A DNA stretch of 64,000 nucleotides from the human T2T-CHM13v2.0 reference genome, Homo sapiens, in NCBI RefSeq assembly GCF_009914755.1, contig NC_060929.1; one strand, given 5' to 3'. Under the pieces are notes generated by a model, which did not search any database, was not told the origin of the DNA, and saw only the letters and a program-made list of their open reading frames with translations. The translations under genes and the position numbers were made by a program. This document shows, one piece after another, positions 44,541 to 62,627 of this stretch (position 1 is its first letter; each line of letters starts with the position of its first letter).

Positions 44541-47113
44541 AGGCATTTCCGGTTGGCTGAGCAGCACACGTGCCCCCGGAAGGGAAATAACATCAGCTCG
44601 GAGAATTCAGTAGATGTACTGTGTGGCGCCGTGGTCTAGGCACTTCTTGGACAGCATGTCTCACCTGCTGATGAAACTCCTGTGCAAGAAGATTTAGAAG
44701 CAGAACCTCAAATTGCGGCAGCGGAACCTAAAGTTGCAGGGGGCCTCAAATCTGACCCTATCAGAAACTCAAAATGGAGATGTGTCTGAAGAAACAATGG
44801 GAGATGGAAAGGTTAAAAAATCAAACATTCTATGAATGTGGGCTTATCAGAAGCTCAAAGTGGAGATGTGTCTCAAGAAGCAGTGTAAAATATAAAAGTT
44901 AAAAAATCTCCCCAGAAATCCACTGTATTAACCAACGGAGAAACAGCAATGCAGTCTCCCAATCCAGAATCAAAAAAGAAGAAGAAAAAAAGAAAAATGA
45001 TGAATGATGCTGGGCCTGATACAAAAAAAAAGCAAAAACTGAAAACAAAGGGGAATCTCAAGAAGAAAGTGCCAAGAATCCTAAAGAAACAGAAAATAAT
45101 GTGGAGAAGCCAGATAATGATGAAGATGACAGTGAGGTGCCCAGCCTGCCCCTGGGACTGACAGGAGCTGTTGAATATACTTCATTTGCTTCTCTGTATA
45201 ATCTTGTCAATGAAAACACTCTGAAGGCAATAAAAGAAATGAGTTTTACAAATATGACGGAAATTCAGCATAAAAGTATCAGACCACTTCTGGAAAGCAG
45301 GGATCGTCTAGCAGCTGCAAAAACAGGAAGTGGTAAAACCCTGGCTTTTCTTATCCCTGCAGTTGAACTCATGGTTAAGTTAAAGTTCATGCCCAGGAAT
45401 GGAATAGGAGTCCTTATTCTCTCACCTATTGGAGAACTAGCCATGGAAACTTTTGGTGGTTCTTAAGGAGCTAATGACTCACCACGTGCATACCTATGGG
45501 TTGATAATGGGTGGGAGTAACAGATCTGCTGAAGCATGGAAACTTGCTAATGGGATCAACATCATTGTGGCCACATCAGGCCGTCTGCTGGACCATATGC
45601 AGAATACCCCAGGGTTTATGTATAAAAACCTGCAGTGTCTGGTTATTGATGAAGCTGATCGTATCTTGGATGTTGGGTTTGAAGAGGAGTTAAAGCAAAT
45701 TATTAAACTTTTGCTAACTCATAGACAGACTATGCTCTTTTCTGCCACCCAAACTCAAAAAGTTGAAGACCTGGCAAGGATTTCTTTGAAAAAGGAGCCG
45801 TTGTATGTTGGTGATGATGATGATAATGCTAATGAAACAGTGTATGGTCTTGAGCAAGGATATGTTGTTTGTCCTTATGAAAAGAGATTCCTTCTGCTCT
45901 TTACATTCCTTAAGAACTGAAAGAAGAAGCTTATGGTCTTCTTTTCATCTTGTATGTCCATGAAATACCACTGTGAGTTGCTGAACTACATTTATTTGCT
46001 CATCTTGGCCATTATGAAAAGCAAAAGCAAAGTAAGCATACAACCACATTCTTCCAATTCTCCAGCGCAGATTTGGGAACACTATTGTGCACAGATGTGG
46101 CAGCAAGAGGACTGGACATTACTGAAGTGGACTGCATTGTTCAGTATGACCCTCCGGATGACCCTAAGGAATATATTCATAGTGTGGGTAGAACAGCCAG
46201 AGGCCTAAATGGGAGAGAAAATTGGGTTTTCTTTGCTACTTGAAACAATCCAAGGTTCCATTAAATGAATTTGACTTTTCCTGGTCTAAAATTTCTGACA
46301 TTCAGTCTCAACTTGAGAAACTGATTAAAAAGAATTACTTTCTTCATAAGTCAGCCCAGGAAACATGTAAGTCATACATACAAGCCTATGATTCCCATTC
46401 TCTGAAACAGATCTTTAATGTTAATAACTTAAATTTTTCTCAAGTTGCTCTGTCATTTGGTTTCAAGGTGCCTCCCTTTATTGATCTGAAAGTCAAGAGC
46501 AATGAAGGCAAGCAGAAAAAGCAAGGAGGTGGTGGTGGATTTGGCTACCAAAGTTGAGAAGTCCAAAATCTTTAAACACATTAGCAAGAAATCACCTGAT
46601 AGCAGGCAGTTCTCTAACTGAAGACATGCCATTCTTTCATCTTGAATAACTTTGTTTTAAAATCAATTATTTCCCCTAGATTCATCAGGATTTTTGTAGC
46701 CTTTAGAATTTAAACTTATCTAACATGAGTAAAAATTGACTGGGGTTGCAAGCACTGAGCACTGTTACTTATATCAAGTCTCGCTTCTGTATTGGGATAT
46801 AAAACAGGCTTTAATTTTCTTGGTTGCCCAAGGACTATCTGGGCTTTCTTGTGATTATATAATATTTTAATTTTAAGTATTTCTCCCTCATACACACAAA
46901 TGTAAGTTACTGTTTTAATATAATTATTTGTGTACTTTTTCTTCTTGTTTTGTGAAGATTTTTGTGGCATGGATTGCTGTGCTTACTGCTGTAAAAGGTG
47001 ACCCAGTGTACTGGGCAGCTGGTGGTAATGCAGAAAGGAGTCTCAGGTTATTTTTTTGCTTTTAGTTATTTCTTGAACTTTGACAGTGTCTCATGACTCC
47101 TCCTGAAAATATT
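44541..47113 (+). pseudogene. DDX18: Processed DDX18 (DEAD-box helicase, MrDb/Has1) pseudogene: 5'UTR, disabled CDS (ATG 44656 to TGA 46621) and partial 3'UTR
   Basis: Intronless. Translated fragments [40 protein letters not shown] (DEAD at 45648-45659), [19 protein letters not shown]. Premature TAG at codon 14 (44695), several frameshifts, and a deletion near 46218. Confidence 0.95.
44545..44582 (+). promoter_or_regulatory. ETS / E-box / ETS cluster carried in the DDX18 5' leader
   Basis: ATTTCCGG (44545-44552), CACGTG (44567-44572) and CCGGAAG (44576-44582). Activity is untested. Confidence 0.4.
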
Positions 47114-51654
<4,541 letters not shown>

Positions 51655-52162
51655 AAGAAAGATCTACAAAGCCTAAAATACACTCATGAAAATAAATTAT
51701 ATACATATTTATCTCTCACATATGAAATAAGAGATAATCTTTATTGTCATTTTAAACATTTTATTGATTAATGTTCAGCAAAGAAAATTGAATGAATCAT
51801 CTCGAATATGAGTGAAGCATAGAGGTTGAAAAATACACTATGTCTTCTGTGAAAGGAGAGACAAAAAGTTCTATCTGGTTGTGTTTGAACTTCCTATGAA
51901 GATCATGATAATCCAATATGCGTCATACAGCCGTGCATTATTTTAATAGTAACATGGTAAATTTTTATTTTCTTTCTGTAACATCTGATATGGACACTGC
52001 TATCTCTACTTTATTCTAAGCATAAAGAATTCCTAAAGGACATACTCCTATACGACTAATGGGTAAAAAAAGAAATAAAGAAATTTAAAAATAATTGAGA
52101 CACACAAAAATAAAAACACATCATTAAAACCAAAACTTATGGGATACAGCAAACGTAATTAT

Positions 52163-52265
52163 AATAAATGCTTGAAGTGATAAATACCCCATTTATCCTG
52201 ATGTGGTTATTATGTATTTCATGGCTGTATCAAAATATACCATGTACTCCATAAATATATACATC

Positions 52266-52325
<60 letters not shown>

Positions 52326-52358
52326 GGGTAGTATGTACCCACAAACATTAAACATATA
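52163..52358 (+). mobile_element. L1MA3-like extreme 3' fragment containing (TA)n (52268-52321)
   Basis: ATAAATGCTTGAAGTGATAAATACCCCATTTATCCTGATGTG...TACCCACAAACATTAAA. Confidence 0.75.
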
Positions 52359-52413
52359 AATAGTTTTAACAGGAAAGTTTATAGTAATAAATTCCTACAT
52401 AAAAAAGAAAGAT

Positions 52414-52786
52414 GGCTGGGTGTGGTGGCTCATGCCTGTAATCATAGCACTTTGTGAGGCTGAGGTGGGCAGATCACCTGATATTGGGAGTTCTAGACCA
52501 GCCTGACCAACATGGAGAAACCCCGTCTCTACCAATAATACAAAAATTAGCCATGCATGGTGGTGCATGTTTGTAATCCCAGCTACTCGGGAGGCTGAGG
52601 CACAAGAATCACTTGAACCCAGGAGGTGGAGGTTGCCATAAGGTGAGATCATGCCATTTCACTCCAGTCTGGAGTGAAAAACAAGAGTGAAACTCGAAAG
52701 GAAGGAAGGAAGGAAGGAAGGAAGGAAGGAAGAAAGAGGAAGAGAGAGAGGAAAGGGAAGCAGAAGGAGGAAGGAAGGAAGGAAGG
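52414..52786 (+). mobile_element. AluSp with a (GGAA)n-derived tail
   Basis: CCTGACCAACATGGAGAAACCCC diagnostic; purine microsatellite at 52697-52786. Confidence 0.9.
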
Positions 52787-54295
52787 CAAATAAATAAGTT
52801 AGTGTTATACTTCAAGAAACTAGGAAGAAAAAAGAACAAACTAAGCCCAAAGTCAAAAAAGAAAGGAAATAATAAAGATAAAAGAAGAAATAAATGAAAT
52901 AGAGACTGGATAAACAATAGAAAAGATCAATAAAAAAAGAGTTGGATTTTTTGTAAAGATAAAGTCAGCAAACATTTAGCTAGACTAGAACAAAGAAAGG
53001 GAACACTCAAATAACATTTATTTTTGAGATAATGGGGAAGAAACTATTATTGATACCACAGAAATATAGGGATCATAATAGACTACTATCAACAATTATA
53101 CACCAATAAATTTGATAACTTAGAAAAAATGAATAAATTTCTAGACATATACAACCTGCAGAGACTAAATCATGATGAAATAGAAAATCTGAACAGACAA
53201 ATCACAAGTAAGGAGGTGAATCACTAATAAAAAGTTTTGCATCAAATAAAAGACCAGGATCTGGTGGTTTCACTGCTGAATTATACGAAACATTTAAATA
53301 ATTAATACCAGTTCTTTTCAAATTCTTCCAAAAAGAATTGAAGAGGAAGGAAAGTTTTCAAACTCATTTTATGAGGCCAGCATTACCCTGATACCAAAGC
53401 CAGACGAGTATACAAAAAAAAAAAAAAAAATTACAGGCCAATACCCATGATGAACATAGATGCAAAAATCCTCAACAAAATATTAGCAAAGTGAATTCAC
53501 CAGCACACTGAAAAGATCATTCACCATGATCAAGTGGGATTTATCTCTGGAATGCAAGCATGGTTCAATTTACATGAATTATTTAAATGTGATACATCAC
53601 ATTAACAGAATGAAAGACAAAACCATATGATTATCTCAACAGATGCAGAAAAGTCATTTGACAAAACTCAATACCTTTTTATGATAAAAACTCTTAACAA
53701 ATAAGGTATAGAAGGAATGTACCTCAACACAATAAAGACCATATATCACAAACTACAGCTGATATTACATTCAATGATGAAATGTTGAAAGCTTTTCCTC
53801 AAAGATCAGGAAAAGGATGCTCATTTTTGCCACTTATATTTAACATAGTAATGGAACTCCTAGATAGAGTTAGGCAAGAGAAAGAATTTTAAAATATCCA
53901 AATAGAAAAGAAAAAAGTTAAATTCTCTCCTTTTGCAGATGACAGGATCTTATACATAGAAAACCCAAAAGATTTCAACAACCACCACAAAAAAACTAAT
54001 AAACAAATTCCATAACATTGAAGGATACAAATTCAACACACAAAAATCAGTATAAAAAATATTCCATGTTCATAGATTGAAATAATAAACATTGTTAAAA
54101 AAATTCCATACTACCCAAAGTGATCTATAGATTCAATGTAGATGCTTTGAAAATTCCAATGACATTTCTTACAGAAATAGAAAAAAAAGTCTAAATTCAT
54201 ATGAAGCCAAGAAAGACCCTGACTAGCCAAAGCAATCTTGAGCAAAAAGAACAAAACTAGAGGCATCATACTACCTGATTTTAAAAGCTACTATA

Positions 54296-54602
54296 GGCTG
54301 GTCATGGTGGCTCATGCCTATAATCCCAACAAGCCAAGAGGACTGCTTGAGCCCAGAATTTCAAGACCTGCCTGGACAACATAATGAGCCCCTATCTCTA
54401 CAAAAATAAATCAAATGGGCATGATGGCACATGCCTGTAGTCCGGACTACTAGGGAGGCTTGGGTAGGAGAATCACTGGAGCCCAGGAGGTTGAGGGTGC
54501 TGTGAGCCCTGTTCATGCCATTGGACTCCAGCCTGGGCAACAGAGTGAGATCCTGTCTCAAAACAAAAAAAAAAGAGAAGAGAGGAGAGGAGAGGAGAGA
54601 AG
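54296..54602 (+). mobile_element. AluJ with a (GAGAG)n tail
   Basis: GGACTGCTTGAGCCCAG. TSD-like AAAAGCTACTATA / AAATCTACTACAA. Confidence 0.88.
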
Positions 54603-55638
54603 AAATCTACTACAAAATTATAGTAATCAAAACAGCATGGTTTTGGCACAAAAACGAACACATAGACTAATAGAAAAGAATAGAGACCTCAGAAATAAAT
54701 TCACATATTTACAACTGATTGATTTTCAGCAAAGATACCAAGAAAACACAGTGGGAAAATAAGAGTAACTTCAACAAATGATGCTAAGAAAACTGAATAT
54801 CCACATGCAGAAGAATAAAATTAGTCCCTCATCTCACACAACATACAAAAATCAACTCAGAATAGATTAAAGACTTAAATGTAAGACCTGAAAATATGAA
54901 CTTCCTAGAAGAAAATACAGGTGAAACTCTCCCTGACATTGGTCTGGGCAAAGACTTTTTTATATATAATCCCAAAAACAAAGGCAATAAAAGCAAAAAT
55001 AGACAAATAGGATTCCATCAACCTAAAACGCTTCTAGAAACACAGCAAAGGAGACAATCAACAGTCAAAAGTTAGTGTATGGAGTGAGAGAATATATTTG
55101 CAAATCATATGTCTCATAAGGGGTTAATATCCAAAATATATAAGGAACTCAAACAACTCAATAGTAAGAAAACAAATAACCAGATTAAAAATTGAACAAA
55201 GGACCTGAGTAGACATTTTGCAAAAGAAGACATATAAATGGCCAACAGATATATTTTTAAAATGCTCAACAGGCTTTACAAAAAATTGTTCAACATCACT
55301 AATCTTTTGGGAAATGCTAATTAAAGCCACAAAGAAGAATTCCTTCTCACTTGTTAGAATGGCTAATATAAAAAAAAAAAAAAGATAACAAATGTTGGTA
55401 AGTATGTAGAGAAAAGGGAGCCCTTTTACACTGTTGGTAGGAATGTAAATTAGTACAGCCATTATGAAAAACAGGGTGGAGGTTCATCAGGAAATATAAA
55501 AATAGAACTATCATATGATCCAGCAATCCCACTGCTAGGTATATACCAAAGGAAATAAAATAAGTGTGTCAGAGATATCTGCACTTCCATGTTTGTTGCA
55601 GAACTCTTCACAATAGCCAAGATATGGTATCCACCTAA

Positions 55639-55640
<2 letters not shown>

Positions 55641-55680
<40 letters not shown>

Positions 55681-55780
55681 ATATATATAGTATTGATGTG
55701 TGGTGTATGTGTGTATACATATGTATATGCATATATATGCGTGGTCTGTGTGTGTGTGTATATATATATAGAGAGAGAGA
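55641..55780. repeat. (GT)n/(TA)n/(GA)n compound microsatellite
   Basis: Read directly from the sequence. Confidence 0.95.
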
Positions 55781-58700
55781 GGGAGGGGGGAAGGGGAGAT
55801 AGATAATATATATTATGCAGTATTTGTCTTTCTTTGACTGACTTATTTCACCTACATAATGTCGTCCAGCTTCATCCATGTTGTTGAAAATGGCAGAATT
55901 TCTTTCTTTTTAAAGGATGAATAGTGTTGGAGCATAATATATATACTACATACTAATGGTAGGTGTGTAATATGTATATACACTATATACTAATATACCA
56001 ATACTATTCAGCCTAGTAATGAAGTATTACTAGGATGAAGTATTACTAGGCTTAAGTATTAAGCCTAGTAATTAAGTATTGTTTCCCTCTATTTATCCAT
56101 ATGTTCTCATCATTTAGCTCCTACTTATAAGTGAAAACATGTGGCATTTGGTTTTCTGTTCTTGTATTAGTTTGCTAATGACAATGGGCTCCGGGTCCAT
56201 TCATGTCCCTACAAAGGACAAAATCTCATTCCTTTTTAGGGCTGCATAGTATTCCGTGGTGTATATGAACCACTTTTTCTTTATCCAATCTATCATTGGT
56301 GGGCATTTAGGTTGATTCCATGTCTTTCCCATTGTGGATAGCACTGCAATGAACATATACATGCATGTGTCTTTATAATAGAACAATTTCTATTTCTTTG
56401 AGTATATATCTATGAATGGGACTGCTGGGTTGAATGATGCTTCTGTCCTTAGGTCTTTGATAAATTGCCACACTGTCTTCCACAACGGTTGAACTAATTT
56501 ACTCCCCCACCAACAGTGTATAAGCATTCCTTTTCTCCACAACCTCACCAGTATCTGTTAATTTTTGACTTTTTATAATAGCCATTCTGACTGGTGTGAG
56601 ATGGTATCTCATTGTGGTTTTGATTTGCATTTCTCTAATGATAAGTGATGTTGAGATTTTTTTCATGTGCTTATTGACCACATGTATGTTTTCTTTTGAG
56701 AAGTGTCTGTTCATGTCATTTGCCCACTTTTAATGAGGTTGTTTTTTCTTGACAATTTGTTTAAGATCCTTATAGATGATGGATAGTAGACCTTTGTCAG
56801 ATGCATAGTTTGCAAAAATTTTCTTCCATTCTGTAAGTTGTCTGTTTACTCTGTTGATAGTTTATTTTGCTGCACAGAAGCTCTTTAGTTCTACTAGATG
56901 CCAGTTGTCAATTTTTGCTTTTGTTACAATTGCTTTTGGGATTTTCATTATTAAATTTTTGCCCATGCCTATATCCTAAATGGTATTACCTAGCTTGTCT
57001 TCCAGGGTTTATATATATATATAGTTTATATGTATTTTTATATATAGTTTATATAGTTTATTTATATATAGTTTTATAGTAAAAAATGGTTTTACATTTA
57101 AGTCTTTAATACATTATGAATTAATTTTTGCATATGGTGTGAGGAAGGGGTCTAGGTTCAGTCTTCTGCATATGTTTACCAGTTATCACAGCACCCTTTA
57201 TTGAATAAGGAATCCTCTCCCCATTGCTTGTTTTTGTTGATTTTGTTAGAGATCAGATAGTTTTAGCTGTGCAGTCTTATTCCTGGAATCTATTCTGTTC
57301 CATTGGTTCATGTGTCTGTTCTTGTACCAACACCATGCTGTTTTGGTTATTGCAGCCTTGTAGTATAGTTTGAAGTTGGGTAACATGATACCACCAGCTT
57401 TGTTTGGGGGTTTTGGGGTTTTTGTTTTTGTCATTGTTGTTATTGTTGTTTGTTTGTTTTTTGCATAGAATTTCCTTGGCTATTCAGGCATTTCTGTGAT
57501 TTTGTATGAATTTTAAAATATATTTTTCCAGTTCTGTGAAGAATATCAGTGGTAGTTTAATGAGAATAACGTTGAATCTAAAAATTGCTCTGGGCAGTAT
57601 GGCCATTTTAACAATATTAATTCTTCCTATCCATGAGCATGGAATATTTTTCCATTTGTTTGTTTAATCTCTGATTTATTTGAACAGTGTTTTTTAGTTC
57701 TCCTTGCAGACATCTTTCACCTCCCTAGTTAGATGTGTTCCTAGGTATTTTATTCTTTTTTGTGGCAACTGTGAATGGGTATTCATTCGTGATTTGGCTC
57801 TTGGCTTGACTGTTGTGAGTGGTATAGGAATACTGGCTACTTTTGCACATTGATTTTTGTACCCTGAAACTTTGATGAAGTTGTTTATCAGTTTAAGAAG
57901 TTTCTGGGCTGAGACAATGGGGTTTTCTGGATATAGGATCATGTCATCTGCAAAGAGAGACAGTTGGACTTCCTTTCTTCCTATTTAGATGTCCTTTATT
58001 TCTCTCTCTTGACTGATTGCCCTGGCCAGAACTTTCAATACTATGTTGAATAAAAGTAATGAGAGAGGGCATCCTTCTTTTGTGCCAGTTTTCAGGGAGA
58101 ATGCTTCCAGCTTTTGCCCATTCAGTATAATGTTGGCTGTGGGTTTGTTATATATGGCTCTTATTATTTTGAAGTATGTTTCTTCAATGCCTCATTTATT
58201 GAGAGTTTTTAACATGAAGGATTGTTGAATTTTATCAAAATACTTTTCTGCATTTATTGAAATAATCATAGTTTTTGTCTTTAGATCTGTCTATGTGATT
58301 AATCACGTATATTGATTTGCATATCTTGAATGAAATGTGCATTTCAGGGATGAGTCCTACTGGATCATGATGAATAAGTTTTTTGATGTGCTTCAGGATT
58401 CAGTTTGCCAGTATTTTTTTGAGGATCTTTGCATTGATATTCATCAAGGATATTGGCCGGAAGTTTTCTTTTTTGTTGTATCTCTGCCAGGTTTTGGTAT
58501 CAGAATGATGCTGGCCTCATAGAATGAGTTAGGGAGGAGTCCCTCATTTACAGTATTTTGGAATAGTTTCAGTAATAATGGTACCAGCTCTTTGTACATC
58601 TGGTAGAATTCACTGTGAATCTGTCTGGTCCTGTGCTTTTTTTGGTTGGTAGGCTATTTATTACTTCCTCAATTTCAGAACTCATTATTTGTATGTTCAG

Positions 58701-59583
58701 GGATTCAATTTCTTTTTGCTTCAGTCTTGGGAGGGTGTATGTGTCCAGGAATTTATCTATTTCTTCTAGATTTTCTACTTTATGTGCATAGAGGTGTTCA
58801 TAATATTTTCTGATGGTTATTTGTATTTTGGGGGGATTCAGTGGTAATATTCCCCTTATCATTTCTGATTGTGTTTATTTGAATCTTCTCTATTTTATTC
58901 CTTATTAGCCTAGCTAGCAGTCTATTTTATTAACTTTTTCAAGAAAAAAAAAAACGGCTCCTGGATTGTTGATCTTTTGAATGGTTTTTCATGTCTCTAT
59001 CTCCTTTCATTCAGCTCTGATTTTGGTTATTTCTTGTCTTCTGCTAGCACTGGGATTTCTTTGCTCTTGGTTCACTAGTTCTTTCAGTTGTGATGTTAGG
59101 TTGTTAAATAGACATTTTTATAATTTTGTAATGTGGGCATTTAGTTCTTTAAATTTCCCTGTTAACACTGCCTGAGCTGTGTCCCAGGGATTCTGGTACA
59201 TTTTACCTTTGTTCACATTCATTTCAAAGAACTTCTTGATTTCTGGCTTAAATTCATTATTTACCCTAAAGTAATTCAGGAGCAAGTTATTCAATTTTCG
59301 TGTAGGTGTGTGGTTTTCAGTGAATGTCTTAGTCTTGAGTTCCAATTTGATTGTGCTGTGGTCTGAAAGACTGTTTGTTATGATTTCAGTTCTTTTGCAT
59401 TTGCTGAAGAGTGTTTTATTTCTGATTACTTGATCAATTTTACAGTAAATATCTTGTGGTAATAAGAAGAATGTGCATGCTATTGTTTTTGGGTGGAGAG
59501 ATCTGTACATATCTATCAGGTCCATTTGATCTAGGGCTAAGTTCAGGTCCTAAATATCTTTGTTAATTTTTCTGTCTTAATGA

Positions 59584-59972
<389 letters not shown>

Positions 59973-60545
59973 TGAAAGTCTCTAAGAACTTGCTCTATAA
60001 ATGTGGGGTGCCCCTGTATTGGGTGCATATGTATTTAGGATAGTTAGCTCTTCTTGTTGAATTGAACCCTTTACAATTATGTAATTCCCGTCTCTGTCTT
60101 TTTTGAACTTTGTTAATTTAAAGTCTGTTTTGTCAGAAACTAGGATTGCAACTGCTGCTTTTTTATGTTTTCCATTTGCTTGGTAGATTTTCCTCCATCT
60201 CTTTGAGCCTATGGGTGTCATTGCATGTGAGATGGGTCTCTTGAAGACAGCATACAAATGGCTCTTGATTGTTTATCCAGCTTCTTCATCTGTTTTATTT
60301 TTAATTTGTCTCTTTTAATTGGAGCATTTAGCCCATTTACATTTAAGGTTAGTATTGTTATGCATGGATTTGATCACGTCATCATGATATTAGCTAGTTA
60401 TTTTGCAGACTTGTTTATGTTGTTGCTTTATAGTGTTACTGGTCTATGTACTTCAGTGTGTTTTTGTAGTGGCTGATAAAAGTCTCCCTTCCATATTTAG
60501 TGCTTCCTTCAGAAACTATTGTAAGGTAAGGTGGTAATGAATTCC

Positions 60546-60663
60546 CTCAGCATTTGCTTGTCTGAAAAGGATCTTATTTCTCCTTCACTTATAAAGCTTA
60601 GTTTCTCAGCATTTGCTTGTCTGAAAAGGATCTTATTTCTCCTTCACTTATAAAGCTTAGTTT
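60546..60663. repeat. Perfect 59-bp tandem duplication
   Basis: CTCAGCATTTGCTTGTCTGAAAAGGATCTTATTTCTCCTTCACTTATAAAGCTTAGTTT twice (60546-60604, 60605-60663). Confidence 0.97.
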
Positions 60664-62111
60664 GACCAGATATGAAATTTTGGGTTGAAATATCTTTTAA
60701 GAATGTTGAATATTGGCCCCCAATCTCTTCTAGCTTGTAGAGTATCAGCTGAGTGGTCTGCTGTTAGTCTGATGGGCTTCCCTTTGTAGATGACCTGGTC
60801 TTTCTCTCTAGCTGCCCTTAACATTTTTTCTTTCATTCCAACTTCAAAGAATCGGATGATTATGTGTCTTGGGATGATCTTCTCATAGAGCATCTTACTG
60901 GGGTTCTCTGCATTTCCTGAATTCGTATGTTTGCCTGTCTTGTTAGGTTGGGGAAGTTCTCCTGGATGATATCCTGAAGTATGTTTTCCAACATGGTTCC
61001 ATTATCCTCATCTCTTTCAGGTACCTTAATCAGTTACAGGTTTGGTCTTTTTCCATAATCCCACAGTTCTTGGAGGTTTTGTTTATTCCTTTTCATTCTT
61101 TTTTCTGTGTTTTTTTTCGGCCTCTTATTTCAAAAAGACAGTCTTCAAGCTCTGAACACTATTCTGCTATTAGTACTTGTGATTGTGTCATGAAATTCTG
61201 TATTAAAATTATGAAAAGTTTGTATTGCATTTTTCAGCTCTATCAGTTCAGTTACATTCTTTTCTATACTTGTTATTTTGTCTTTCAGCTCCTGCAATGT
61301 TTTATCATAATTTTTAGCTTCCTTGCATTGGGCTACAATGGGCTCCTTTAGCTAATTGAAGTTCATTTTTATTTACCTTCTGAATTCTACTTCCGTCATT
61401 TCAACCATCTCTGCCTCAGCCCACTTCTGAACCCTTGCTGAAGAGGTAATCCAGTTATTTGGAGGAGAGAGGGCACTCTGGCAATTTGAGTTTTTGGCAT
61501 TCTTGCACTGATTCTTTCTCATCTTTGTAGACTTATATACCTTCAATTGTTTATGTTTCTGACCTTTTTATTTTATTTTTCTTTTAACAGTCTGGCCACT
61601 TTTCAGTTGGGCTGTGGCAATTTGCTGGCTGTCCACTCCAGTCTCTAGTCACCTTGGATTTTCCAGTACCTGGAGGTATCACTAGTGAAGGCTGCAGAAC
61701 AGCAAAGATGTCAGCTTGCCCCCCTTCCTCCTGGAGCCCTGTCCCAGGGAGGTACACACCTGTGGCTGGTCTGAATATACCTGAAGAAGGTGGCTGGCAA
61801 CTCCTTTTAGTAGGTCTCACCCAGTCGGGAGGAACAGCATTGAGGACCTGCTTAAAGAAGAAGTCTGGCCATGCTTTTGTAGAGCAGCCATGCTGTGCTG
61901 GGGTACCACTTTCACCCTGATTGGCTTGGGCTCTCCAAAGCCTGGCAGCTAGAACAATTAAGTCACCCAAATAGCAAAGGTGGTAGCCCACCACTCCCTC
62001 TGGGAACTCTGTCCTGGGAAGTTTTCAAATCTCTGTCAGCCAGAGAACATCAGTGGGAGTTGCTGGAGGCCCCTGTTTTGATGTCCCACCCAGTGAGAAG
62101 GAATGGATTGA

Positions 62112-62627
62112 TGTGATAATTGAGCATCAATTTGATTGGATCAAAGGATGCAAAGTATTGTTTCTATGTGTATCTGTGAGAATGTTGCTAAAGAAGGTTA
62201 ACATTTGAGTCAGTGTACTCAGAAAGACAGTCCTACTCTCAATCTGAGTGGGCACGATCTAATCAGCTGCCTCCATAGCCAGAATTATAAAGCAGGAAGA
62301 AGAACGTGGAAAGACTAGACTGGCTGAGTCTTCTGGCCTCCATTTTTCTTCCATGCTGAATACCTTTTGCCCTCGAATATTGGACTCCAAGTTCTTCAGA
62401 TTTGGGACTCTTGGACCTTTGACCACAGACTGAAGGCTGCACTGTCACATTCCCTACTTTTGAGATTTTAGGCCTCAGACTGGCTTCTTTGTTCCTCAGC
62501 CTGCAGATGGCTTATTGTGAGACTTCACCTTGTGATTGTGTGACTCAATAATTCTTAGTAAACTCTCCTTTATATATACACATCTATCCTATTCATTCAG
62601 TCCCTTTAGATTACCTTGATTAATACA
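62112..62627 (+). mobile_element. MLT2A1-like (HERV-L) solo LTR nested in the L1 5'UTR
   Basis: TGTGAT...TGATTGGATCAAAGGATGCAAAGTATTG...AACATTTGAGTCAGTG...CCACAGACTGAAGGCTGCACTGTC...TAATACA. Confidence 0.88.

Larger units (their letters stand above)
52030..55929 (+). mobile_element. L1MA-like ORF2 to 3' region (5'-truncated, terminal piece inverted)
   Basis: ORF2-like DNA (CAAAACTTATGGGATACAGC...ATGAACATAGATGCAAAAATCCTCAAC...ATGATCCAGCAATCCCACT). 55810-55929 continues the element on the minus strand. Confidence 0.8.

Noticed and set aside
45101-46557. ORFs of 121, 155, 91 and 111 aa with DEAD-box motifs as a functional helicase gene
   Set aside because: They are frameshifted pieces of the intronless DDX18 retrocopy, which has an early stop at codon 14 and a deletion. 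No complete helicase can be made.
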